Shown: one piece after another, positions 19,101 to 24,921 of the stretch
Numbering within the stretch: position 1 is the first letter of the stretch
How the letters are laid out: every line of letters starts with the position of its first letter
Virus genome (UHGV): UHGV-1374671
Direction: 5' to 3' (one strand)
Length of the DNA: 64,000 bases
Origin: a virus
The notes under the pieces: model-generated
Database searches by the model: none
What the model saw: only the letters and a program-made list of their open reading frames with translations
Told to the model about the DNA's origin: nothing
Position numbers and translations under genes: made by a program

Positions 19101-20542
19101 CGGCTGTAACAGTGGAGGAGAACTGCCATACGGTAGAGTTGACTCTCGGCAGCAGAAAGATCATCGTGTCGGATAACGAATCCCTGGCCGCGTTCGACAG
19201 CAAGGCAGGTACGTTGATCAAAGTGTCCCCGGCAGAGATCGGAGATCGGATGATTCCTGTTCTGAAAAAGCAGCAGCTGCCATATGGCCCGTTCGGCACC
19301 AGGGACCTCGGCTGGATGTTCGGTGCGTTCATCTCCGATGGCTGGGTCACGCACAATATGGTGGGATACGCCAAAGTGGAAGCCAACAAGCGTGCTGAGT
19401 TCGTCAGGATCATGCGTGCGTATCACGAGAACTTTACTTGCAACGAATACACTGATCGTCCGCAGGCTGGAAAGAACAAGTTGGGCGCCTCCGTTAAGTT
19501 GCACCTGTGCAGCAAATCCCTGGCAGACTGGATGCGCAACTGGCAGCTCATAAACGAGGACTGTCCTGCGGCAGAGCGTGCTGCGCTGCGGAAGCAGATA
19601 AACAGCAAGATGATTCAGTACGGCTCCGAGGACTTCCTGTGGGGGCTGTTCTCCGGTCTCCTGGACGGTGACGGGTCCATCAGCAAAAACACGACGATGG
19701 AGAAGCCGCGCTTTACAGCCAGATTCAGCACCTCCAGCAAACAGCTGGCGGACGACATCTGCGCACTGTGTTATCGACTGGGTCTGCGTTACTCCATGAC
19801 CGTGGTACCTCCCAGAGGATTCTCCAATACGGCATACATCATCATCCCGTCCACTATTGACTTGCATGCCAAGCTGGACAAGCTCACCTGTATTGGTGAG
19901 CGGGAGATTCAGCTTATCTCGGAATGGAAGCAGCAGCCGTCGTACAAAGACACCAAAGACATGATCCCGCTGTCTGTTAAAGAAGCGGAAGTGCTGATTA
20001 AGCTGGCGAACGCCAGGAAAGACGTAGGAGTGTCCTCCGGGATCTACAAGACTAGAAAGAAGTCCTGTATCTACGGTGGTCGTGTTGGGCTGATGCGTTA
20101 CTGCGAGGAAATCAAGGAGATGTTCCCTGAGTTATACGCCCGTATTAAAAACGAGGACACCATTTGGCAGACTGTCACTTCCGTGGAGGACGCCGGCAAT
20201 CGCCAGGTGTTCGACTTGATGGTTGAGGGTACGAAAGTGTTTGCCATCAACAACGGCGTGATTATCTGGGACACCGCCAACGTGCACGTACCGGTATCCG
20301 ACAACGCCAGACGGGAGACCTATGAGAAGATGTTCCCGGAACGCAATCTGATCTCCATGCGTGAGCGCAAGGTGCTGTACAAGCCCGAAAAGGAGTACAT
20401 GCAGGGGATCTACGTGGCGACCCGCATGAAGAAGGGCAAGGATGTCCGACCGAAGATCTTCGGATCTGTGGAAGAAGCGCGTCAAGCGTTACGCAAGGGC
20501 ATTATTGATATTGATGATCCTATTGAAATACGCAAGCAATAA
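13169..20542 (+). CDS. RNA polymerase beta (C-terminal half) fused to beta-prime N-terminal half; precursor carrying two inteins
   Basis: GDKVSGNFGNKGVVSQ...PLDLLFSPLG matches beta GDKMAGRHGNKGVIS...NPLGVPSRMN. NRAPSLHKLNIMGFEPVL...AADFDG...NVHVP matches beta-prime NRAPTLHRLGIQAFEPVL...NADFDGDQMAVHVP. Ends after an IYVATRM segment that aligns with E. coli LYYMTR. Confidence 0.8.
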   Translation: MDDINVTPVLADSSTVENIQVRPQRPPKTAADWVRDMRMSPEVNKTTVGVETDRITPELLMATSSKLLGISRREQDPDPKDSLLFQRFYGPAEYFAEHILRDGNKVARNLLWKATNKGKIDFVPSGALDQHVSDVFYSSKLAQMIDGSSPLETVDASFKTTRIGEGGVADVQSAPDEMRTVQPSYFGYLDSVRCYSDDTELMTKNGWKFVTDITEDDELACYMDGRLEYHKPTALNVYDYKGKMYGYKGTHISYLVTPNHRMHSRCYGELRDGRPCGYNIRTAESIHGKNRVVDSACHLPLLCNEDQKYFELPVVGPNLKKEQVHGNPPMGASLKNVDKVDIVKFAEFLGWYLAEGSYVINETKGYYRVDIAQSPEVSAENYEHIRQLIESLPFNATNPGAEEKAKRGGHALSIARKQLTIYVSQFGKCEDKYIPEWIFSAPLQARKAFCWALLQGDGREQRHLCTKSKRLATDFARLLFELGESAKVYHEKETRYENHPGIWNVYWHTRKERLLAGKTHKHKEGEYFTEDYTGKVYCPTIPGGLVYCRRGEKSVGFWCGNSPERLRVGLDMYMTKNVVKGSDGKLYQRFINARTGKEELVDSVTASRSIVAAPEMMDADTKSIFALGGRTGVRIVPKDKVDYYLPRADDAYSMSSNMVPMFNGVKEMRLLMGCLHPGTPLITISAKNEINIKPAKSIGKNAYGVPGCDAKGKSLGYLIRNSIAKFPQKRKWFKKVVLMSGRSLITSYDHRWPVLRDDKLELVNASDLQPGDKVLRSTFKDLPNRRTFLRGVLVNKDVATLLGCIVRSVTKPDPDKLRVVYQPSQKKFIEAAIERLKLENSRFYANAGEKCLAIHDSNFIQWVEKEICLEPEERKVPTVILSACLDIASHFIDAYTADTTKVGIDSNEDMWILDIPSMICRDGLALLLARMQTDTLYRDAVRADGVNLALKLVEQTPTFGDSIVDEVKIILEVEKVPLMIDIDIDDNMYATANGIITHNSKYPLQAISLLEREAPLVRGLDEASGRDIPSLAGKYLGARFANQGGTVTAVRKDRIDVVYDDGTKGSVSLYQNFPMNAKGYITNTPVVKAGQSFKKGDVLAASNYTDDKGVAAIGKNLRSGWLSWKGGTYEDAVVISESAAKKLTSRTMYKSAVDLDKTVSLGKKNYVSWKPSEYTKDQLSALDDNGIIKPGSVLRKGDPMILAVQTSEPSPGTLGKRVLTDISETWEHDHPGVVTDVVKTRKGVKVFAIVEAPAEVGDKVSGNFGNKGVVSQLGRESQEEQDDENQDFQIQKIVPDAMMPIGEDGKPLDLLFSPLGLISRTNASQIHEALLGKIARKTGKPFVMPAFYKGDLTEFVENQLKQNKVSDTEDLTDPYTGRKIPKVLTGVSYIYKLKHQAESKLSARGTAEYTAEGTPGGSGLTGSKRYGTLEQSAMVGHGAFDNLLDAKLLRGQSNSDFWRSIRTGEIPTIPGEPLVHKKFFAHLTGSGVNVRKTPKGISVFSLSNDDVKELAGPRELKSKDTYEAKTFRPIDGGLFGQDLFGPNGDRWAYIQLDEPLPNPVMEEPLARLLRMSTKDFMAVAAGKAEVNGMKSSADIKERLSRINLKAEEQQAKQEFKDAPMSKKDAALKRYRDIARMAANEVSPDQYMLDRIPVLPPVFRPVSTHNGLTMVADSNYLYAQMLDARDDAREARNLPKEYQQQARENLYRSWKELTGMYEPENVKLKNKHVRGLLKWALGDSPKWSAFQRKVLGSTVDTVGRGVITPDPRLKLNQLGVPLPMALGIYEPFVARSMVKQGYSPVEAMKMIKVQDKRVIPVLLNVMKNSPVQLNRAPSLHKLNIMGFEPVLTAGHAVRVNPSIVVPFAADFDGNCCDFDSVIFLKLSKSALEKTAFMCYVDHSNKPEQNKEVSMITEDTRVVVFNPDETDPDTVYCSMKIGEFPRKGVPVKDRNGALVYPVPEGVSVLSCDPVTGAPKFCPVSAVTVEENCHTVELTLGSRKIIVSDNESLAAFDSKAGTLIKVSPAEIGDRMIPVLKKQQLPYGPFGTRDLGWMFGAFISDGWVTHNMVGYAKVEANKRAEFVRIMRAYHENFTCNEYTDRPQAGKNKLGASVKLHLCSKSLADWMRNWQLINEDCPAAERAALRKQINSKMIQYGSEDFLWGLFSGLLDGDGSISKNTTMEKPRFTARFSTSSKQLADDICALCYRLGLRYSMTVVPPRGFSNTAYIIIPSTIDLHAKLDKLTCIGEREIQLISEWKQQPSYKDTKDMIPLSVKEAEVLIKLANARKDVGVSSGIYKTRKKSCIYGGRVGLMRYCEEIKEMFPELYARIKNEDTIWQTVTSVEDAGNRQVFDLMVEGTKVFAINNGVIIWDTANVHVPVSDNARRETYEKMFPERNLISMRERKVLYKPEKEYMQGIYVATRMKKGKDVRPKIFGSVEEARQALRKGIIDIDDPIEIRKQ
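13748..16165 (+). mobile_element. intein 1 (806 aa) with LAGLIDADG homing endonuclease, inserted in the beta subunit
   Basis: Starts CYSDDTELM (block A) with TPNH (block B). LAGLIDADG blocks LGWYLAEGS and WALLQGDGRE. Ends NGIITHN before +1 Ser. Confidence 0.8.
16073..16092 (+). promoter_or_regulatory. dyad motif copy 1 (AATTATACTCGAAGTAGAAAA), followed by palindrome CATCGATATCGATG
   Basis: Sequence match to the motif family; sits in frame inside intein 1 (KIILEVEK). Confidence 0.45.
18784..18817 (+). repeat. AT-rich interrupted palindrome (ttttgata-gtg-taatttt-cct-aaaatta-tcaaaa)
   Basis: 8-bp and 7-bp paired arms; local GC about 30% versus about 58% genome-wide. Confidence 0.6.
18825..18853 (+). 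promoter_or_regulatory. sigma70-like promoter TTGAAA-N17-TATGTT embedded in frame in the intein 2 coding sequence
   Basis: Exact -35 TTGAAA (18825-18830), 17-nt spacer, -10 TATGTT (18848-18853). Followed by SD AAGGAGG (18881-18887) and in-frame ATG 18893. Confidence 0.5.
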
Positions 20543-20562
20543 CCCGAAGTGAGGCACAGCAT

Positions 20563-20751
20563 ATGCAGAGTATGAGACATCTCTACGGACTCGACAAACA
20601 GGCGGCTCAGAAGAAACAGGCCTTCGCCAAGAAGCTCGCCGACTTCATGCGTCACCAGCGCATGGAGGCGCAGCAGAAAGCCGCTGCTGCCGTCGAACGC
20701 GGTAAGAACAACGTCCTGGCCATGATCCGTCAGGCCTGCAACAGCAAATAA
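20563..20751 (+). CDS. small basic protein (62 aa) sharing N-terminal RHLYGL motif with the next gene
   Basis: MQSMRHLYGLDKQAAQ compared with MSEKYRHLYGLGKAAV; RBS gaggca. Confidence 0.5.
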   Translation: MQSMRHLYGLDKQAAQKKQAFAKKLADFMRHQRMEAQQKAAAAVERGKNNVLAMIRQACNSK

Positions 20752-20762
20752 GGAGCGCGGCA

Positions 20763-21746
20763 ATGAGTGAGAAATACAGACATCTCTACGGACTGGGTAA
20801 AGCGGCTGTGGCTGTACTTACTCCGGAAGCAGAGCAAGCGGCTGTTCAGCCTCCGATGGACCCTGCCATGGCTGGCGGCGCTCCTCCGATGGATCCGATG
20901 GCGGCCGGAGGAATGCCTCCGCAGGGCGGCGCTGGAGCTCCTCCGATGGGTGGCGCTCCGATGCCGCCGCCGGCAGGCGGACAGATCCCGCCGGAAATCC
21001 TCCAGGACCAGATGTTCATCCAGTTTCTGCAGGAGGCGCTGGGGGTGTCCCTTGATCCGGCGTCGGGCATGTTCATGGGCCCGAATGGCGAACAGATCCC
21101 GCCCCAGCTTATCATTGAGGCCTACCAGGAGTTCCAGACGATGCAGGCCCAGGGCGGCATGCCGCCTGCAGGAGCTGGGGCTCCGCCTGCGGCAGGCATG
21201 GATCCGGCTATGGCAGCAGGTGGTGCTCCGATGCCGGCAGGAGCCCCGCCGATGGATCCCATGGCTGCGGGAATGCCTCCGGAAGCGGCTGGTGGAGTTC
21301 CTCCGGAAATGGGAGGAACCCCTGAAGAAGTGCCTCCGGAAATGGGCGCTGCACCTGAAGCAGGTGCTCCTGCGCCGGCTGCTGGACCGGAAGCGATGAT
21401 GCAGGAACTGCTGTCTGGAGTAGAGGCCGTGCTGCAGTCCTTCTCCGGAAAGCTGGACAAGCAGCTCAGTGCCATCCAGGACAAGATCGAGGCTCTGAAG
21501 ATGGATGTCGAATCACTGCGGGACACCACGGACCAGCGCACCAAGATGGAAGAGGACGAGGCTGCCCGTATCCGGGAAGAGCTGGAAGCAGAGCTTGTGC
21601 CCACCGCCGTTGCCCAGAAGGAGGCCAGCATTTCCATTCCGGCTCCGCAGCCGATCAAGATGCCGACCGTTGAGAACAAGCCGAGCACCAGGAAGCGTAC
21701 CGGCACTCCGAACCTGTTCTCCGTGATCCAGGGAGGAAAACGATGA
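20763..21746 (+). CDS. Pro/Ala/Gly/Met-rich repeat protein with C-terminal coiled coil
   Basis: Two copies of the module [PAGM-rich]-(Q)IPP(E/Q)(I)L...QEF; RBS aaggag. Confidence 0.65.
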   Translation: MSEKYRHLYGLGKAAVAVLTPEAEQAAVQPPMDPAMAGGAPPMDPMAAGGMPPQGGAGAPPMGGAPMPPPAGGQIPPEILQDQMFIQFLQEALGVSLDPASGMFMGPNGEQIPPQLIIEAYQEFQTMQAQGGMPPAGAGAPPAAGMDPAMAAGGAPMPAGAPPMDPMAAGMPPEAAGGVPPEMGGTPEEVPPEMGAAPEAGAPAPAAGPEAMMQELLSGVEAVLQSFSGKLDKQLSAIQDKIEALKMDVESLRDTTDQRTKMEEDEAARIREELEAELVPTAVAQKEASISIPAPQPIKMPTVENKPSTRKRTGTPNLFSVIQGGKR

Positions 21747-22585
21747 ACTATATCGAAGTACAGAAGATGCGGAAAGAAGCCGCATCGGAATCCAGTCTTG
21801 ACAAGTTCTTGATGAATCACGAGACTCTCGGCAAGCCCTACATGGAAAAAATGTCACCGCAGGAAATGCTGTATCACGGCGTAGGGGCCGTGGGCGGTGG
21901 AGCCCTCGGTTACATGCTGTCTCGTATGATCCATCGTAAGCCCAGCGGCATGCTGCGCGCCCTGTATACGCTGGGAGGCGCGGCTGCCGGTGGTGTTGCC
22001 CCGTACTATCTGCTGCGGGCCAAGAAGGATGAACAGGGGCTGACGGAAGCGGATCGCATGCGCCTCCAGGACGCTTGGGCGCATGCGCCCAAGGCACTGC
22101 AGGAAGCGCGCAATCAGGCAGAGGGACTGAAGCCCAATGGTGAGGAGCTGCCCAACGAGAAACCTATTCAGACCCGTATCGCGGATGCTATTCCCGGCAA
22201 TATATGGTGGTACGGCGGTGCTGGTGCGGCCATCGATGCCGGCAGATTCGCAAAAGAGCGTCTTAACATTTTTGAGCAGAACCGGAAGCTCCAGCCGAAC
22301 GAAGTGAAAGTAACGGTTAAGCCTCCCAAAGGCAAACCTACGACCACCACTACAACCGAGACTGCTGCCGAGAAACCGTATCCGCGTTTCTTCCCCACAA
22401 AGGAAGAGTTCAAGAAGACACCTGTGGCCGCTACCAACTACACGTTGTTTAAGCGCCTCAGAGGTACACTTGGCGGCGTCACGTTAGGTACGGTACTGGC
22501 GCTTCTCCGCAGCAAGGCAGGAGACAATCAAGTTCTTGACCCGCTGTCCAAGGAGAACTTGGACCAAGCGCTGCAGAACAAGTAA
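21743..22585 (+). CDS. hypothetical protein with Gly-rich hydrophobic segments
   Basis: ATGA overlap with upstream gene; GVGAVGGGALGYMLS and GGAAAGGVAPYYLL. Confidence 0.6.
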   Translation: MNYIEVQKMRKEAASESSLDKFLMNHETLGKPYMEKMSPQEMLYHGVGAVGGGALGYMLSRMIHRKPSGMLRALYTLGGAAAGGVAPYYLLRAKKDEQGLTEADRMRLQDAWAHAPKALQEARNQAEGLKPNGEELPNEKPIQTRIADAIPGNIWWYGGAGAAIDAGRFAKERLNIFEQNRKLQPNEVKVTVKPPKGKPTTTTTTETAAEKPYPRFFPTKEEFKKTPVAATNYTLFKRLRGTLGGVTLGTVLALLRSKAGDNQVLDPLSKENLDQALQNK

Positions 22586-22600
22586 GCAGAAACAGGGATT

Positions 22601-24907
22601 GTGACCATGTTGACGACACTGGGCAGAGAACTGATTCGGGCAAAGCTCCCCGAGAAGTACAAGGGGTACGCGGATCAGGTTCTGGACAAGAAAACACTGA
22701 CCAATCTGATGACCGAGATCGCCAGAGAGGATCCGGAAGGGTACATCGACGTTCTGCAGGATCTCAACAACATTGGACAGGAAGTCGTGTCCACATACGG
22801 ACGGGACACCTCGCTCTCGTATGCAGACCTGAAAGTCGACAATGAGATCAAAGCCCTGAACAAGCGCCTGCGGCAGGTCATCAAGGGAGTCCTCAATGAC
22901 GATTCCCTTACCAGCGAGCAGAAGGAAGAGAAGATCAAGGAACTGGGATACAAGTACACGCAGAAGGTGCAGGACGCGGTATTCCAGGACAACGACAAGC
23001 GAGGAACGTCGCTGGCCTCCCAGATCAACTCAGGCTCTCGTGGAAATAAAACCCAGTTGATGCAGCTCCAGTTCGGCAACATGCTGATGAAAGATGCACT
23101 CAACCGGGACATTCCTTATCTGATGATAGACCCGTTCGTCCATGGTGCGTCACCGATGTCGTACTGGGTGTCCGCGTCCAGTGGGCGCAAGGGGTTCTTC
23201 GATGTGCAGGCCGCCACCGGACAGGCCGGATATCTGGGCAAGCAGGTGACAGCCGCCACACACAGAACCACCATTGAGAAAGAGGACTGCGGCACCACCG
23301 ACACCGGAGTGCCGTTTCCTGCCAACAGCACGAAGAACGTGGGCGCGGTTCTGCTGCGCCCCTTCCACAAATACCCGGCAGGCACGGTTGTCACTGAGAA
23401 GATGGTTGCCGAGGCCGATGACGACGAGGAGATGATTCTGCGCAGTCCAACCACCTGCAAGTGCAAGGACGGCATCTGCGCCAAGTGCAATGGGCTGGGA
23501 GAGAATGGGAAGTTTCCGGCAGTGGGCGAGTATGTGCCGCTGAATGCTGCGCGTTCTTTTGTTGAGCCGGTTACGCAAGGAGGGATCTCGTGTCTGCATC
23601 CTGGAACACAGGTACGTATGGCAGACTGGTCTATCAAAGCACTGCGTGATATCAGGGTAGGCGATCGCGTTATGGGCGTTCACACCGATGGTTCTTATGA
23701 ACCCGCCCTCGTCACCCGGACGTTCGATAATGGCATTGTTCCGATGTACTTGACAAAGTTCCGTAAGGGCACTGATAAGATTGCCGTGCTGATGTCCACC
23801 ACATGTCACAAAATGCTCTTATCTGTCGACGGGGATGCTCCTGCCATTCTTCCTGTAGGTACAGATGGCCAGCTCAGCGCGTGTCAGACTATCGGACCTG
23901 CAGGGTATACTGATAAGCAGATTAAGATGTCACACTTCAAACGCATCTCTCAGGAATATATCGGAGACATGCAATCGCTGGATATTGAGATCGACAACGA
24001 CTCCCATCTGTTTCTGTTGGCCAATGGCCTGGTGGTTTCCAATTCCAAACATGGCGCGGGTATTGGAGGCAAGCGATGGGTCGATCCCGAGGGGCCTGAC
24101 CAGCCGCACGGGTTCCGTGCCCTTGAGCGTCTGTTCATGGCTCCCAGCAACTTCCCGGGCGGAGCCGTACTTGCCCCGCAGGACGGCACGGTAAGCAACA
24201 TTCAGAAGGCCTCCCAGGGCGGCCATTACATCACGGTGGGCAACAAGACGCTGTACTGCTCTCCAGATCGCACTATGAAAGTCAAAGTCGGGGACAAGGT
24301 GTCCGCCGGCGACGTACTTACCAATGGTGTGCCCAATCCTGCCGAGGTGATGGATCTCAAAGGACTGGGAGAGGGCCGGCATTACTTCGTCAACAAATTG
24401 AACGAAACCTTGAAGGCACAGGGCTGGGCAACAGACCGCAGAAATATCGAGGCGTTTACACGCAGCATGATTAGTAAGGTCAAAATCACCGACCCTGACG
24501 GATACAAGTCGTATCTGCCTGGTGATATTGCCGATTACAACGAGATCATGGCTGACTGGGAGCCCAGGGAAGGATCCGTCACAGTGAAAGCGGATCAGGC
24601 GCTGAACAAGTACCTGGAGAAACCGACCCTGTACTTCAGCGTCGGCACCAGGATCACCCCGTCAGTTGTGCAGCAGTTGAAGAAATACAAGTTTGATACT
24701 GTGACGGTGTCGGATAAGGAGCCTCCTTTCAAAGCTCAGTTCCTGCGTCCTGCTGTTGTGCTGCAGAACGACAAGAACTGGTTGCCCAGGCTGGCGGGAG
24801 AGCGGCTGCAGCCAGCACTGTTTGATGCAGCGCAGAAGGGCATCACCGACGAGTACGACTCGCCGAGTTACGTTGACAAAATCGTGGCGGCGCCATTTAA
24901 ACCATAA
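22601..24907 (+). CDS. RNA polymerase beta-prime C-terminal half; precursor carrying a mini-intein
   Basis: N-terminus continues the beta-prime alignment (GRELIRAKLPEKY...YADQVL compared with E. coli GRAILWMIVPKGLPY...FADQIM). AARSFVEPVTQGGIS|intein|SKHGAGIGG compared with [23 protein letters not shown]. Confidence 0.8.
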   Translation: MTMLTTLGRELIRAKLPEKYKGYADQVLDKKTLTNLMTEIAREDPEGYIDVLQDLNNIGQEVVSTYGRDTSLSYADLKVDNEIKALNKRLRQVIKGVLNDDSLTSEQKEEKIKELGYKYTQKVQDAVFQDNDKRGTSLASQINSGSRGNKTQLMQLQFGNMLMKDALNRDIPYLMIDPFVHGASPMSYWVSASSGRKGFFDVQAATGQAGYLGKQVTAATHRTTIEKEDCGTTDTGVPFPANSTKNVGAVLLRPFHKYPAGTVVTEKMVAEADDDEEMILRSPTTCKCKDGICAKCNGLGENGKFPAVGEYVPLNAARSFVEPVTQGGISCLHPGTQVRMADWSIKALRDIRVGDRVMGVHTDGSYEPALVTRTFDNGIVPMYLTKFRKGTDKIAVLMSTTCHKMLLSVDGDAPAILPVGTDGQLSACQTIGPAGYTDKQIKMSHFKRISQEYIGDMQSLDIEIDNDSHLFLLANGLVVSNSKHGAGIGGKRWVDPEGPDQPHGFRALERLFMAPSNFPGGAVLAPQDGTVSNIQKASQGGHYITVGNKTLYCSPDRTMKVKVGDKVSAGDVLTNGVPNPAEVMDLKGLGEGRHYFVNKLNETLKAQGWATDRRNIEAFTRSMISKVKITDPDGYKSYLPGDIADYNEIMADWEPREGSVTVKADQALNKYLEKPTLYFSVGTRITPSVVQQLKKYKFDTVTVSDKEPPFKAQFLRPAVVLQNDKNWLPRLAGERLQPALFDAAQKGITDEYDSPSYVDKIVAAPFKP
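23591..24043 (+). mobile_element. intein 3 (151-aa mini-intein) in the beta-prime trigger-loop region
   Basis: CLHPGTQVRMADWSIKALRDIRVGDRVMG (block A), TTCH (block B), ends NGLVVSN before +1 Ser. Confidence 0.8.
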
Positions 24908-24921
24908 GAGGTAGACAAGTT

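Larger units (their letters stand above)
18776..20272 (+). mobile_element. intein 2 (~499 aa) with LAGLIDADG endonuclease splitting the beta-prime NADFDGD catalytic motif; atypical termini
   Basis: Sequence reads AADFDGN|CCDFDSVIF (block A-like C-x-x-x-D-S-x-I) ... LGWMFGAFISDG, LFSGLLDGDGS ... NGVIIWD|TANVHVP. The block G-like end carries W-D instead of H-N. Confidence 0.65.

Noticed and set aside
20767-21399. 210-aa Arg-rich + ORF overlapping the PAGM protein gene in another frame
   Set aside because: An alternative frame of a repetitive GC-rich gene; composition is a frame-shifted reading of the Pro/Ala/Gly codons.
13169-24907. Possibility that the RNAP genes are host (bacterial rpoBC) rather than phage
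   Set aside because: They are embedded between tail-fibre and head/tail genes on the same strand. Beta is truncated to its C-terminal half and fused to beta'N, which is not a cellular arrangement.
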